Shown: piece after piece, positions 9,231 to 19,501 of the stretch
Numbering within the stretch: the stretch's first letter is position 1
How the letters are laid out: each line of letters opens with the position of its first letter
From: an uncultured Lachnospiraceae bacterium
GTDB lineage: Bacteria > Bacillota > Clostridia > Lachnospirales > Lachnospiraceae
Assembly: GCA_902779245.1 (NCBI GenBank)
Contig: CACZBB010000057.1
Coordinates: 1-46,435 of the forward strand
Direction: 5' to 3'
DNA: 46,435 nucleotides
Position numbers and translations under genes: made by a program
Notes under the pieces: model-generated
What the model saw: only the letters and a program-made list of their open reading frames with translations
What the model was told of the DNA's origin: nothing
Databases searched by the model: none

Positions 9231-10535
9231 TTACTGCACCCTCTGGCCGCAGTTCGGGCAGAACTTCGGAGGATTCTGCGGATCCGCGAACGGATTGCCG
9301 CAGTGCGGGCAGTTGTTCATGGCCTGCGCCGCCGGCTTCGGATTGCCGCAGTTCATGCAGAATTTGCCGGTATTGCCGGTCTGACCGCAGGAGCAGGTCC
9401 AGCCCGCCGCCTGCTGCGGCTGCTGATACTGCTGCTGGAACTGCATTTGCTGCTGATACTGCTGCTGCTGATTCTGCTGACCCTGCTGCATAAGGCTCGC
9501 GACGTTAGCGCCCGCGTTCGGGTTCGCCATGTTGCCCATCAGGATATTGCCGAAGCCCGTGGCCGCGCCGGCGGAGTTGCTGGCGGCTGCCTTCATCGCG
9601 TCGGTCTGGCCCATGCCCATGTACGCGCCGAGCATCGACGGATCGGTAAAGCCGCGGGCATCCTGGAACTTCGTGATCCGGTCCTTGCTGGCCTCGTCGG
9701 CGTCCATCATGCCGATGGCGATCTTGAAGATGGAAATACCGCGGGCGGCATCCCAGTCCGCGCTCAGGAGCTTGTCCACGTTCTGGGTAAGCTCATATTC
9801 ATGCGCCGCGATGTCTGTATAAGCAATCTTCATCTGGGAGAGCATGCCCACGCCCTGACGGATGGCCGCGATGGCTTCCGTCTTGATCTGCGGTTCAATG
9901 TCTTCCTTCGTGATCATACCGTTCGTGTCGCCGCCGGCCCTGGAAGCGCCGATGACCGAGAAGAACTTCGCCGGATCGGTGACCTGGATGGAATACATGC
10001 CGTTGCCCATGAGGGTTGCGGAGGTCTTCCAGATCGGGCGGTCCGTCATCAGATCTCTTTCCCAGTGCTCGAAGGTGATGTTGCCGGAGCCCCACTTGAA
10101 GCCCTGGATCTCACCGAGATTAATGTAGAAAACCCTCTGCGTGCTGGTGCGCTGGCCGCCGGCAAGCCAGCTCGCGCCGAACTGCTTGGCCATCGCCTTC
10201 AGGCCCTTGTTGTTGCCGGACAGCAGCGAGGGAGCCAGCGAATCGTCGAAGGTGTAGCGTCCGGGCTCCGCGCAGAAATCCACGATCGCGCCGTTCTGCA
10301 CGAGGATCATGCACTGGTTTTCCTGAACGTCGATGCCGGAGCCGGAGGTGATGATATTGTCATCGCCGCCCTTGTTCCTCGACTTCGGGCCGACGATCTT
10401 GTTGCCGCGCTTCATGATGATGCCGCCGGACATATCGCCGCTCTCAAAATAATCGATCCAGGAGCCGCTGATCGTTGTGTCCAGAGCGCCGCCGACCGCC
10501 CCGATAGCATCCACTGCAAGTTTGATAAGTCCCAT
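9231..10535 (-). CDS. SPFH/Band7-like (YdjI-like) protein with Gln-rich linker and C-terminal zinc ribbons
   Basis: 'NIITSGSGI.V.ENQ', 'EPGRYTF', 'QRVFYIN' motifs; C-terminal CxC/CxxC pairs. Confidence 0.85.
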   Translation of the reverse strand: MGLIKLAVDAIGAVGGALDTTISGSWIDYFESGDMSGGIIMKRGNKIVGPKSRNKGGDDNIITSGSGIDVQENQCMILVQNGAIVDFCAEPGRYTFDDSLAPSLLSGNNKGLKAMAKQFGASWLAGGQRTSTQRVFYINLGEIQGFKWGSGNITFEHWERDLMTDRPIWKTSATLMGNGMYSIQVTDPAKFFSVIGASRAGGDTNGMITKEDIEPQIKTEAIAAIRQGVGMLSQMKIAYTDIAAHEYELTQNVDKLLSADWDAARGISIFKIAIGMMDADEASKDRITKFQDARGFTDPSMLGAYMGMGQTDAMKAAASNSAGAATGFGNILMGNMANPNAGANVASLMQQGQQNQQQQYQQQMQFQQQYQQPQQAAGWTCSCGQTGNTGKFCMNCGNPKPAAQAMNNCPHCGNPFADPQNPPKFCPNCGQRVQ

Positions 10536-10680
10536 AGTTCTCTCCTTTCGCCGCACTTTAAGCGGATATGTGTACATGGGTTTTCCATGTTCATAAACTG
10601 ATATCAGGATTTCCTTTTAGCACCCGCAAGCCTTTGCCCGAGATTCTTCGGCCCCGGCCTTAAGAAGGACGGGCCGTGCT

Positions 10681-11523
10681 TTAGAAGCTTGCCTCTCCGC
10701 CGGAGAAGTCCCCGCCGCCGCCGGAGAATCCGCCGCCGGAATCGCCGTCGGAGCTGCTGCTTCTCTCGATGTGACGGACCTCCGTGCGCGTGCCGAGATA
10801 ATTCTCCTCGTGGCCGGTCTGCTCGTATTCGATCTCGTCAGATCTGAGGTTCTTTTCCACCTTCGCCCGGCTGGAATTATGGATGATGACCAGAATCAGA
10901 AGCGTTATGCCCGCTAGGACCGCGGAAATCAGGAGCGACGGCAAGGTCGGGATCAGCTTCTTCAGAAGGCTGTCCAGGTCATCCACTTTCTGAATATATG
11001 CATAAGCCGCATCCGCGTACTGACGGTTCTTGAGGTGATTCGTCAGGGAATCCGCGATCTTCTGCATCTCGTCGTTATACTTCGACTGGCCGTATTTGCC
11101 GTGGCCGACGGAGACGACCTTGCGGTTCTTCATGTCGATCTCGAGGATGAACGCATCCTCCTTCTCGGCATTCTGCTTCATGAATTCCTCCGCGTAGAGA
11201 CGGCTGTAGCTCTTGCCGCTCCCGCCGGTGTTGACCGGCACGTCCTCGCTGGTGAGGATCATGATCTCGCATTTCTTCTTCGCTTCCGTCTTTGCGATCC
11301 GCGAGGCGATTTCGGTCTTTTCCGCGTCGCTGAAAAGCCTTGCATAGTCGAAGACTCTCTGTGAGCGGTCGGAAACGACCGGGACGACCGCCGTCTGCCC
11401 GTCCGGCAGCTCAAAGCTGACCGTGGAATCGGCATAGGTGATCACCGGAGCCGCGGCGCCGAAGATTACGGCAAATGCAAGGAGAAGGGAAGCCAGGATC
11501 TCTCGTATATGTCTCTTTCTCAT
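10681..11523 (-). CDS. TPM-domain membrane protein (YdjH-like)
   Basis: Signal peptide, 'VFDYARLFS..E', one TM helix, Gly/Ser-rich tail. Confidence 0.85.
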   Translation of the reverse strand: MRKRHIREILASLLLAFAVIFGAAAPVITYADSTVSFELPDGQTAVVPVVSDRSQRVFDYARLFSDAEKTEIASRIAKTEAKKKCEIMILTSEDVPVNTGGSGKSYSRLYAEEFMKQNAEKEDAFILEIDMKNRKVVSVGHGKYGQSKYNDEMQKIADSLTNHLKNRQYADAAYAYIQKVDDLDSLLKKLIPTLPSLLISAVLAGITLLILVIIHNSSRAKVEKNLRSDEIEYEQTGHEENYLGTRTEVRHIERSSSSDGDSGGGFSGGGGDFSGGEASF

Positions 11524-11524
11524 C

Positions 11525-12604
11525 TTACATCACCCCCAATACGCGCAGCAGCATCATAATGAGCTGGGAACCGACGAAGACACCGGCCGCGATCTTCCCG
11601 ATCCGGCCCGGATCCTTCGGGATCTTGCCGATGATCTTTCCGGTCTGACCGTTCATCCCGAACAGGTATTTCTTGCCCTTGTACTCGGTATACATCATCC
11701 AGACCGGCAGCATCGCGTAGGTGACCTTCTTGTTGCCGAACCGGACATCCTTTCCGAGCACGGATTTCGAATGGTCGAAGGCGCCCGCCGCGCTGTAGGC
11801 CGCGTCCGTGATCGCATTTTCCGCGCGTGTCAGGGCGCGGTGCTCATTTTCCTGCGCGGAGGATGTCCAGCGCTGGGTGTAGAAGCCGGCGAGATAGGCC
11901 GGATTAAAAGGCTGAAGCTTGTCGAAGGAAAACGGCTCGATGGAATCCATAATCGCGTCGTCCATGTCCTTTAAGCCATCCGCCGGAATATCCTTAAAGG
12001 CTGCCTGGCCGCTCTCCATCACCTCGTAGGTCGAGATCTCCGTAATCTCATCGTCTCCGCTCCGGAAGGTACGGCTGTTCTCGCCGTGCACCTGCATGTC
12101 GATCTCGCCGTCAAAGCTGTAGAGCCAGAACGGAACGAACATGCCCTTGATTTTCTCAATGGTGGACTGCTGGCGGAAAAGCCTCGGCGTCAGCACGGAC
12201 TTCTTGCACAGCTCGGTATAAGCCGCCTCGACATCCTTGCGGTCCTTCTCGAAGGGCAGGACGACCTGAGGAGCGAAGTCCCCGGAAAGATTTCCCTCCA
12301 GGGTGATCGCGCGGTTGCAGTACACGCAGGTGGTGGCCGCCGTGGACTTCGCCGTGATAACCTCCGCGCCGCAGTGCGGGCACTGGTAAACCACGAGCTC
12401 GCCCGTGGAGTCGTCGGTGGAGGGCTCGGTTACCGGCTCCCCGTCGCCATACTCGACCTTCTTGGCCGCACCGCCGAATTCCTCCGCCGCGCCCGCGTAC
12501 TCCGATACGTCAAAGGAAGAATCGCAGTAATCGCAGTGCAGCTTGCCAAGCTTAGGATCAAAAAACAGCTCCGCCCCGCAGCATTTGCAGGAATATTTTG
12601 CCAT
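11525..12604 (-). CDS. Zinc-ribbon membrane-anchored protein (YdjG-like)
   Basis: Four CxxC pairs, 'VPFW', 'LPVW', 'NGQTGK' motifs, C-terminal TM. Confidence 0.8.
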   Translation of the reverse strand: MAKYSCKCCGAELFFDPKLGKLHCDYCDSSFDVSEYAGAAEEFGGAAKKVEYGDGEPVTEPSTDDSTGELVVYQCPHCGAEVITAKSTAATTCVYCNRAITLEGNLSGDFAPQVVLPFEKDRKDVEAAYTELCKKSVLTPRLFRQQSTIEKIKGMFVPFWLYSFDGEIDMQVHGENSRTFRSGDDEITEISTYEVMESGQAAFKDIPADGLKDMDDAIMDSIEPFSFDKLQPFNPAYLAGFYTQRWTSSAQENEHRALTRAENAITDAAYSAAGAFDHSKSVLGKDVRFGNKKVTYAMLPVWMMYTEYKGKKYLFGMNGQTGKIIGKIPKDPGRIGKIAAGVFVGSQLIMMLLRVLGVM

Positions 12605-12633
12605 ATTTGCCTCCTTTCCTAAGATTGCTCATG

Positions 12634-12700
12634 GTTTCTGGTCACACGGTGACCAGAAACGAAGGCGTTTTGCAATGAAATCGCCCTGCGGGCGATGGCA
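12634..12700. repeat. REP-like family 1, copy 2
   Basis: Exact reverse complement of 32-98. Confidence 0.9.
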
Positions 12701-12763
12701 AAACGCAGGTCAGCGACAATCTATAATTTTATGGTTCATACACAGGTTGATTTATGTCACTGG

Positions 12764-12818
12764 CCCGTGCCAAACAGCGACGCGCAGCTAGTCCTTTAGG
12801 GCGAGTGTTTGGCACGGG
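12764..12818. repeat. REP-like family 2, copy 1 (overlaps the glyS 3' end)
   Basis: 13-bp inverted repeat CCCGTGCCAAACA / TGTTTGGCACGGG around a core shared with 19509-19560. Confidence 0.85.
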
Positions 12819-14196
12819 ACGCCATCGAATCGCGCTCCCGGACCGTCACGCACTGGTCATTTTCGGAATCAAAGTCGAAGGTGACGCAGAAGGGCGTTCC
12901 GATCTCGTCCTGGCGGCGATAGCGCTTGCCGATGTTGCCGCGGTCGTCGTATTCGCAGTTCCATTTTTTGCAGAGATTTGCGTAAATCTCCTCGGCCGGG
13001 CCGGCCAGCTTCTTCGAGAGCGGCAGGACGGCGACCTTCACCGGCGCGAGGGCCGGATGGAAATGCAGGACCGTGCGGACGTCATTTTTCTCGGCGTCGA
13101 GGACCTCCTCGTCGTAGGCCGCGCAGAGGAAGGCGAGGGCCATGCGGTCAACGCCCAGCGACGGCTCGATGACGTAGGGGAGGTAGCGCTCCTTGGTCTC
13201 GTCGTCGAAGTACGTGAGATCCTCGCCGGAAACCTCCTGATGGCGGCCCAGGTCGTAGTCCGTGCGGTCGGCGATGCCCCAGAGCTCGCCCCAGCCGAAC
13301 GGGAACAGGAACTCGACGTCGGTCGTGCCGTTGGAATAGAAGGAAAGCTCCTCCGGATCGTGGTCGCGGAAGCGAAGCTCCTCTTCCTTAAGTCCCAGGG
13401 AGAACAGCCACTTTTTGGCAAAGGCCTTCCAGTATTCGAACCATTCCATGTCGGTGCCGGGCTTGCAGAAGAATTCCAGCTCCATCTGCTCAAACTCGCG
13501 GGTGCGGAAGGTGAAGTTGCCCGGCGTGATCTCGTTGCGGAAGGACTTTCCGATCTGGCCGATGCCGAAGGGCACTTTCTTGCGGGAGGTGCGCTGGCCG
13601 TTCTTGAAGTTCACGAAGATGCCCTGCGCGGTCTCCGGGCGGAGGTAGACGGTGTTCTTCGCGTCCTCGGTCACGCCCTGGAAGGTCTTGAACATGAGGT
13701 TGAACTGGCGGATCGGGGTGAAGTTGTGCTTGCCGCAGGTGGGGCAGGGGATCTGGTTTTCCGCGATGAATTTTTCCATCTGCTCGTTGGTCCAGCCGTC
13801 GACGGAGCCGAGGGGCTTTTGGTCGGTGCCGTAGGCCGCCGCGTCCGCCTCAGTCAGCGGGATCTTTTTCTCATGGCAGAAGCCTTCGATGATCTGGTCG
13901 GCGCGGAAGCGCTCGTGGCACTCCTTGCAGTCCATGAGGGGATCCGAGAAGGAGCCGAGATGCCCGGAGGCGATCCAGGTCTGCGGATTCATGAGGATCG
14001 CGCTGTCGATGCCGACGTTGTAGGGATTTTCCTGGATGAATTTCTGCCACCAGGCTTTTTTGACGTTGTTTTTGAGCTCGACGCCAAGGTTGCCGTAGTC
14101 CCAGGTGTTCGCGAGTCCCCCGTAGATCTCCGATCCCGGGAAGATAAAGCCTCTCGACTTCGCCAGCGCTACGATCTTGTCCATGGTCTTTTCCAT
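12796..14196 (-). CDS. glyS: Glycine--tRNA ligase, homodimeric (alpha2) type; C-terminus apparently truncated
   Basis: [55 protein letters not shown] motifs. Confidence 0.95.
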   Translation of the reverse strand: MEKTMDKIVALAKSRGFIFPGSEIYGGLANTWDYGNLGVELKNNVKKAWWQKFIQENPYNVGIDSAILMNPQTWIASGHLGSFSDPLMDCKECHERFRADQIIEGFCHEKKIPLTEADAAAYGTDQKPLGSVDGWTNEQMEKFIAENQIPCPTCGKHNFTPIRQFNLMFKTFQGVTEDAKNTVYLRPETAQGIFVNFKNGQRTSRKKVPFGIGQIGKSFRNEITPGNFTFRTREFEQMELEFFCKPGTDMEWFEYWKAFAKKWLFSLGLKEEELRFRDHDPEELSFYSNGTTDVEFLFPFGWGELWGIADRTDYDLGRHQEVSGEDLTYFDDETKERYLPYVIEPSLGVDRMALAFLCAAYDEEVLDAEKNDVRTVLHFHPALAPVKVAVLPLSKKLAGPAEEIYANLCKKWNCEYDDRGNIGKRYRRQDEIGTPFCVTFDFDSENDQCVTVRERDSMASRAKHSP

Positions 14197-14338
14197 AGTG
14201 GTTCAGTTCCTTTCTGATGCCGCGGCGGGATGCCCCGGCTTTTTTTGACAAATGCAATTGCCTGCGGCTTTCGCCGTTTTCTTCTTCTGCCTTGGCAAAT
14301 GCCGGCCGAAGGGAACGCAGGCTTCACACAGTTGCTGT

Positions 14339-14368
14339 TATTATACTAAATCAAGCCGGCAAGGTAAA
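14339..14368 (-). promoter_or_regulatory. Putative sigma-A promoter of glyS
   Basis: Minus strand TTTACC-17 nt-TATAAT. Confidence 0.55.
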
Positions 14369-14448
14369 GACTTGTCACACTTTTTTCGCGATTCCCGCCC
14401 GCAAAACTTTCCGGGCTGGTGTGCGGATTACGCTTCCGGCTGATGAAG

Positions 14449-14746
14449 GGGATACGCGTCCGGGCAGATGCTGTGACCGGGATGCGCGTCCGGGCAGATG
14501 CTGTGACCGGGATACGCGCCCGGGCAGATGCAACTTTTTTACGCTCCGTCGCCCTTCGGGCTCCAAGTCGCTCAAAAAGTTATCTGCCCGTCGCGTATCC
14601 ACAGACGGGTAAGTATCCTGCGCGGAACGGACATCCCCGGAAACCGCTCATCAGATCTTCCAGAAGCGGACAGGCGGATGGGCAGATAACTTTTTTCGAG
14701 GTTAAGTGCCCGCAGGGCACGTCGAGAAAAAAGTTGCATCTGCCCA
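14449..14746. repeat. 30-bp tandem repeats plus two oppositely oriented long hairpin elements (BIME-like)
   Basis: GGGATACGCGTCCGGGCAGATGCTGTGACC at 14449, 14479 and (partial) 14509; GGGCAGAT(GC)AACTTTTT...AAAAAGTT(GC)ATCTGCCC at ~14522-14589 and ~14681-14745. Confidence 0.85.
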
Positions 14747-14774
14747 CGCCGCCGTCATCCGCTCTCAAGCCCCC

Positions 14775-15416
14775 TCACTCCTCCAGCATAACCTCACTGT
14801 TCATTCTGCGGTCGACGGCTCTTTTGACGTTCCTCCGGACGATCTCGGTCATCTCCCCCTCGATCTTCTCCGATGGCCGGTAGGCGTAGAGCCGCGAGAC
14901 GGGCGCGTACAGGTAATAGTTGAGCGCCTCGATCGTCTCCGGCGACGCGGGGTGTTTCCCGTCCGGAAACATAAACTCTCCGTTGATGCCGAGGATCCGG
15001 CATTCGAAGATCCTGCGAAGGAGCGCAAGCGGCAGGACTCCTTTCGTGATCGCCCGGAGCGAGACGTACAGGAGATTGACGGTATCCTCCGCCTCCAGCC
15101 CCTCCTGCCCGTAATACGAGGCCAGCTCCAGAAAATAAAAGCCATAGTAAACACCCGGCTGGCAGGCAGCCAGCTCGGTGAAATACGCCGCGGCCTCCGC
15201 GGAGATCAGCCGATAGGCATTTCTCCCCTCGATAAGCTGAAAGCTCGCGAAAACGAAGGTATTTGCCGCCGCAAGAAGGCTTGAGGTCGGCTTCCTCGCC
15301 CCGTTGGCAAAAGCCGTGATCTTGCCCCGCTCCCGGGTCAGGATCACCAGCCGCTTATCATATTCACCATAGGGCTGCGCAAGGAGCACCACACCGGTCA
15401 GCGTAATCGTGTTCAT
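14775..15416 (-). CDS. recO: DNA repair protein RecO
   Basis: 'GVVL..PYGEYDKRLVILTRERGKITAFANGARK' N-terminal OB fold; era-recO-glyS synteny. Confidence 0.9.
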   Translation of the reverse strand: MNTITLTGVVLLAQPYGEYDKRLVILTRERGKITAFANGARKPTSSLLAAANTFVFASFQLIEGRNAYRLISAEAAAYFTELAACQPGVYYGFYFLELASYYGQEGLEAEDTVNLLYVSLRAITKGVLPLALLRRIFECRILGINGEFMFPDGKHPASPETIEALNYYLYAPVSRLYAYRPSEKIEGEMTEIVRRNVKRAVDRRMNSEVMLEE

Positions 15417-15488
15417 GAATACCTTCTTAATTATATATCTCCAGGGTTCGCCGGAACCTGGCCGGCAAGCCCTGCCGGCGTACACGAC

Positions 15489-16424
15489 TTAGTCTTTCCT
15501 GCCGTGCTTTCTGCGGTCGTAGCCGAAGCTCCTGAGCTCTCCCTCGTTGTCGCGCCAGTTTTTCCGGACCTTGACGAAGAGCTTTAAGAAAACCTTCTTG
15601 CCGGTCAGCTCCTCGATGTCGACGCGGGCGGTCTGGCCGATTTTTTTAAGCATCGCGCCGCCCTTGCCGATGATGATGCCCTTGTGGCTCGGCTTTTCGC
15701 AGACGATGCTGGCTTCGATGTCCGTCAGGCGCTCGTCGCGCTCCTTATAGGTATCGATCAGCACCGCGATGCCGTGAGGAACCTCCTCGTTAAGCGCCCG
15801 CAGGGCCTTTTCCCGGATAATCTCCGCCGCCAGATCCCGCAGGTTTTCATTTGTCACGGTATCCTCATCATAATACTGCGGGCCGACAGGCAGATGCCGG
15901 AGGATGGCGGAAAGAAGCTCGTCGAGGTTTTGTCCCCGAAGCGCCGAAACCGCGACGGTCTCCGCCGGCGTCAGCAGCTTTTCGAAGACCTCGATCGCCG
16001 CCGCGACCTGTGCCTTCTCCACCGTGTCGGCCTTGTTCACCACCAGGATAACCGGCCGGCCGCTCTTTTTCAGAAGCTCCGCGATCTCCCGGTCGCCCTC
16101 GCCCGCGTAGGGCCTGGGCTCCACGAGCCAGAGCACCACGTCCGCGTCGTCCAGCGTCGAGCGCGAGACGTCGATCAGGTACTCCCCCAGCTTATTGCCG
16201 GCCTTCCGGAGCATCCCGGGCGTGTCGAGAAAGATCACCTGCCCTTCCTTCGTCGTCAGGACCGTCTCGATCCTCCCCCGGGTCGTCTGGGGCTTCCGGC
16301 TCGTGATGGCGATCTTCTGCCCGATCAGATGATTCATCAGCGTGGATTTGCCGACATTCGGCCGGCCGAGGATCACCGCGTAGCCCGAGCGAAAGCTTTC
16401 ATTTGCCTTTATTTCTCCCATCAT
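15489..16424 (-). CDS. era: GTPase Era
   Basis: GRPNVGKS, PQTTR, DTPG, NKAD motifs and KH domain with IIGKGG. Confidence 0.97.
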   Translation of the reverse strand: MMGEIKANESFRSGYAVILGRPNVGKSTLMNHLIGQKIAITSRKPQTTRGRIETVLTTKEGQVIFLDTPGMLRKAGNKLGEYLIDVSRSTLDDADVVLWLVEPRPYAGEGDREIAELLKKSGRPVILVVNKADTVEKAQVAAAIEVFEKLLTPAETVAVSALRGQNLDELLSAILRHLPVGPQYYDEDTVTNENLRDLAAEIIREKALRALNEEVPHGIAVLIDTYKERDERLTDIEASIVCEKPSHKGIIIGKGGAMLKKIGQTARVDIEELTGKKVFLKLFVKVRKNWRDNEGELRSFGYDRRKHGRKD

Positions 16425-19375
16425 CCCAGCGCCTCCACGCTGTCGAAGAGATCGGCGTGCTTCTTAATGGCGGACTCGCTGCCCACAACGCAGATCCCGC
16501 CATTTTCCTGTGCCTCAAGGAAGCAGGACGCAAAGCCGCGGATGTCCTCCGGGGTCGCGGCCAGTACCTCCTCCCTGGCTTTAAAGAAATATTCGTCCGT
16601 CTTTCCGGAAAAATACGCCTGCATCGAGAGCTCTCCAAAGAGGAAGGGCGTGAGGGGAACGTCTATGCTGCTGATCGTCCCGATAATATACTTCGTCATC
16701 TCCCGCTCATTTGCCGAGAAATCGGAGAGATACCCGGGAACGTTTTTGAAAACCTCCACGGTGCGGGCAAGGTGCGGATCCCGATAAGAGGTCAGCGCCG
16801 CCACGCCCTCCGAGCCCAGAAGGCCGCTGCAGCCATACGCCCCGCCGGTCGTCCGGATCTCCTCCCAGAGGTATCCGAAATTCAGGATCGGCTTCAGGAT
16901 ATTCATCGACCCGCGGAAGCGCTCCTGCGGATTCGCGTAAAGTCCGCCCATCGCCACGTACTGCACCTGTCCGGGCGTCGTGAAGGCCTCATTCTTTTTG
17001 CCAAAGGGCGCGGCTTCGATTTCCGGATACCCGGCAAATGGGCTCTCGGGGAAGCCTTCGCGGATGGCGGGAAGGGCTGCCTCCACCGCAAGCAGGCCCG
17101 GCTCCTCGCCGGTCACCGAGACGAGGAGGTTCGTGGGGTCAAACACGGCCCGCATAAGGAGGGCGAGTTTTTCCTTCAGCGCCTCCTTCTTCTCCTCAAA
17201 ATGCTCGTGGTACTCTTTCACGGCGCGGTAAAAGGCGATGCCCGACGTCCGCTCGTCGAAGGCCGAGGACTGCGAGACGCCGGCCAGGGCGCGCCTAAGC
17301 GCCGTCGCGTTTCCGCCGGCCTGCAGCATGCTCTGCAGACTGAGGCGCTCGGAGGAAATGATCTCGCGGAGGCGTTTCTCGTCGCTCATCACGGAGGTGT
17401 GGATCACCTCCCCCGCAAGCGCAAAGCACTCCGGCACCTTGCGCTCGAACATCTTCATGTTCAGCGTAAAGTACGGCCGGTAGGAGGTCTCTCCCACCTT
17501 CTGCGCCTTGACCAGGGAGAAGGTCATGCCGCCGGCCGCGTTATCTATCGCGCTGGAGAGCGAATTGTAGGAATAATGCTCCGTATCGACGCCCAGGAGC
17601 ACCGAGGTCAGGAGGCTCAGCTCCGGCAGAAGCTCCTCCGGCACCTTCTTCACGTCCCAGTACAGGCGGACATAGACGATCCCGTTGGCCCTGGTGTCGT
17701 GCCAGATCAGCTTTGTCGGGGCAAGCTTCGAGCCGTCCGGGAACGGAAGCCGGCGCTCAAGGTTGCCCGGGCGAAAGCTGTCGTGTCCGAGATCCGCTCT
17801 CGTAAGGAGCGGGAGCTTCTCAATATTCTCCGGCGTGTCCACCGTTCGCTGGAACTCCCGGAGCGCCCTGGTCTGCTCGATGATCCCGGCAATCTCCTCC
17901 GCGGAGAGCCGACTTCTCTTCTCCTCCATCTCCCGGACCGCCGCCGCCTCGCGCTCTTCCTGAAGCCCCGGCTTTCCGGTCAGCACCACCAGTGACGAGA
18001 AGGGATTATCCAGGAGCTTTTCGCGGATGAGCCGCTCAAAGTAGCCCGTGTCCACTTCCTTTCGCAGAGCATCGTAGGCCCAGAGGACCTGCAGCGCGTC
18101 AAAGGGCTTTTCGTCGTCGTACAGCCAGGTGTTGAAGGTGTCGATGCTGTAAAAAAGTCCCTTCGGGAAGACCAGGAAATCCGCCTCGCGGAAGCGGAAT
18201 TCGAAGGAATTGAGTCCCGCGAGAACCGCCTCGCGGTCAATGCCCTTGTCCGCGATCTCCTCCAGCGTCCCGCGGACGACCGAAAGGAACCGGTCCGCGT
18301 CCTTCGCGTCGGCATTTTTCGCGGTCACCGTGAAATACGGCTGCAGGATGCTGTCGTCAAGGCCGCCGTCCACGTCCTCGGCCAGCCCCGCGTCGAGAAG
18401 CGCCTGCTTCACCGGGGCCCCGGGGATCTGCAGAAGGCAGTAGTCAAGAATCCGGAGAGCCAGCATTTCCTTCGCGTCAAAGACATTGCCGCAGACCGCC
18501 GAGTAAGAAAGGTAGCTCTTTCCCTCGGAATCCTCGTCCGCCGAAAGCGGATACGAATCCCTCACCACCCGCATCTTGTCAAATGCCGCCTGCCGGCTGA
18601 TGGCGGAGTCTACCTGAATCTTCTCGAAGTTCGAGAGGTATTTTTCGTCAAGGAAGCGAAGGGTATCCTCCACGTCCATATTTCCGTAGAGGGTAATATA
18701 GCTGTTGGACGGATGATAATACCGGCCGTGGAAATCGAGGAACTCCTCGTAGGTAAGGTCCGGAATGGCCGCCGGGTCGCCGCCGGACTCCACGCCGTAG
18801 AGGCTGTCCGGGAAGAGGGAATTCATGCGCACGTGGCCAAGGTACTCCTCCGGATCCGAAAAAACGCCCTTCATCTCATTATAGACGACGCCGTTGATCT
18901 TCAGCGCGTCCTCCGGGCTCTCCATCTCATAATGCCACCCCTCCTGCGCGAAAATCCGCGGCTCGCGGTAGGTGTTCGGGTAAAAGACCGCGTCGAGGTA
19001 GACATGCATGAGGTTCCGGAAATCCGCGTCGTTGGTGCTCGCGACCGGATACATGGTCTTGTCCGGGTAGGTCATGGCATTGAGGAAGGTATTGAGCGAT
19101 CCCTTCGCCAGCTCGACAAACGGGTCCTTCAGCGGGAATTCTCTGGAGCCGCAGAGGACCGAGTGCTCGGTGATATGCGCGACGCCCGTCGAATCCTTCG
19201 GCGGGGTGCGGAAGCAAATGTTAAAGACCTTGTTCTTGTCCTCGCAGGGAAAAAGGAGGACGCGCGCGCCGGATTTCGCGTGGCGAAGATACACGCCGTG
19301 ATTCTGAATATCGGGAAGGGGCTTTTCAAAAACAAGCTCGTAGCGCCCGCCCAGGGTAAAATCGAGTTTCTTCAT
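16421..19375 (-). CDS. Insulinase-family (M16C, presequence-protease-like) metallopeptidase
   Basis: Inverted zinc motif HITEH, LNAMTYPDKT, GVVYNEMKG, GGAYG, SYRDP. Confidence 0.95.
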   Translation of the reverse strand: MKKLDFTLGGRYELVFEKPLPDIQNHGVYLRHAKSGARVLLFPCEDKNKVFNICFRTPPKDSTGVAHITEHSVLCGSREFPLKDPFVELAKGSLNTFLNAMTYPDKTMYPVASTNDADFRNLMHVYLDAVFYPNTYREPRIFAQEGWHYEMESPEDALKINGVVYNEMKGVFSDPEEYLGHVRMNSLFPDSLYGVESGGDPAAIPDLTYEEFLDFHGRYYHPSNSYITLYGNMDVEDTLRFLDEKYLSNFEKIQVDSAISRQAAFDKMRVVRDSYPLSADEDSEGKSYLSYSAVCGNVFDAKEMLALRILDYCLLQIPGAPVKQALLDAGLAEDVDGGLDDSILQPYFTVTAKNADAKDADRFLSVVRGTLEEIADKGIDREAVLAGLNSFEFRFREADFLVFPKGLFYSIDTFNTWLYDDEKPFDALQVLWAYDALRKEVDTGYFERLIREKLLDNPFSSLVVLTGKPGLQEEREAAAVREMEEKRSRLSAEEIAGIIEQTRALREFQRTVDTPENIEKLPLLTRADLGHDSFRPGNLERRLPFPDGSKLAPTKLIWHDTRANGIVYVRLYWDVKKVPEELLPELSLLTSVLLGVDTEHYSYNSLSSAIDNAAGGMTFSLVKAQKVGETSYRPYFTLNMKMFERKVPECFALAGEVIHTSVMSDEKRLREIISSERLSLQSMLQAGGNATALRRALAGVSQSSAFDERTSGIAFYRAVKEYHEHFEEKKEALKEKLALLMRAVFDPTNLLVSVTGEEPGLLAVEAALPAIREGFPESPFAGYPEIEAAPFGKKNEAFTTPGQVQYVAMGGLYANPQERFRGSMNILKPILNFGYLWEEIRTTGGAYGCSGLLGSEGVAALTSYRDPHLARTVEVFKNVPGYLSDFSANEREMTKYIIGTISSIDVPLTPFLFGELSMQAYFSGKTDEYFFKAREEVLAATPEDIRGFASCFLEAQENGGICVVGSESAIKKHADLFDSVEALG

Positions 19376-19501
19376 ATTATATAGAATCTCCTTTTAACGC
19401 TGAAAACAGATATTCCAAAATAAAGTATAACATCTTTCGGGGAAACCACAAGGAAATTTTATAAATCAAGTCTTCCGTCCTTTGAACTCCGGTTTCTCTC
19501 T

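Noticed and set aside
14197-14340. T-box riboswitch upstream of glyS
   Set aside because: No GGTGGNACCGCG T-box motif on the minus strand, and the predicted leader is short.
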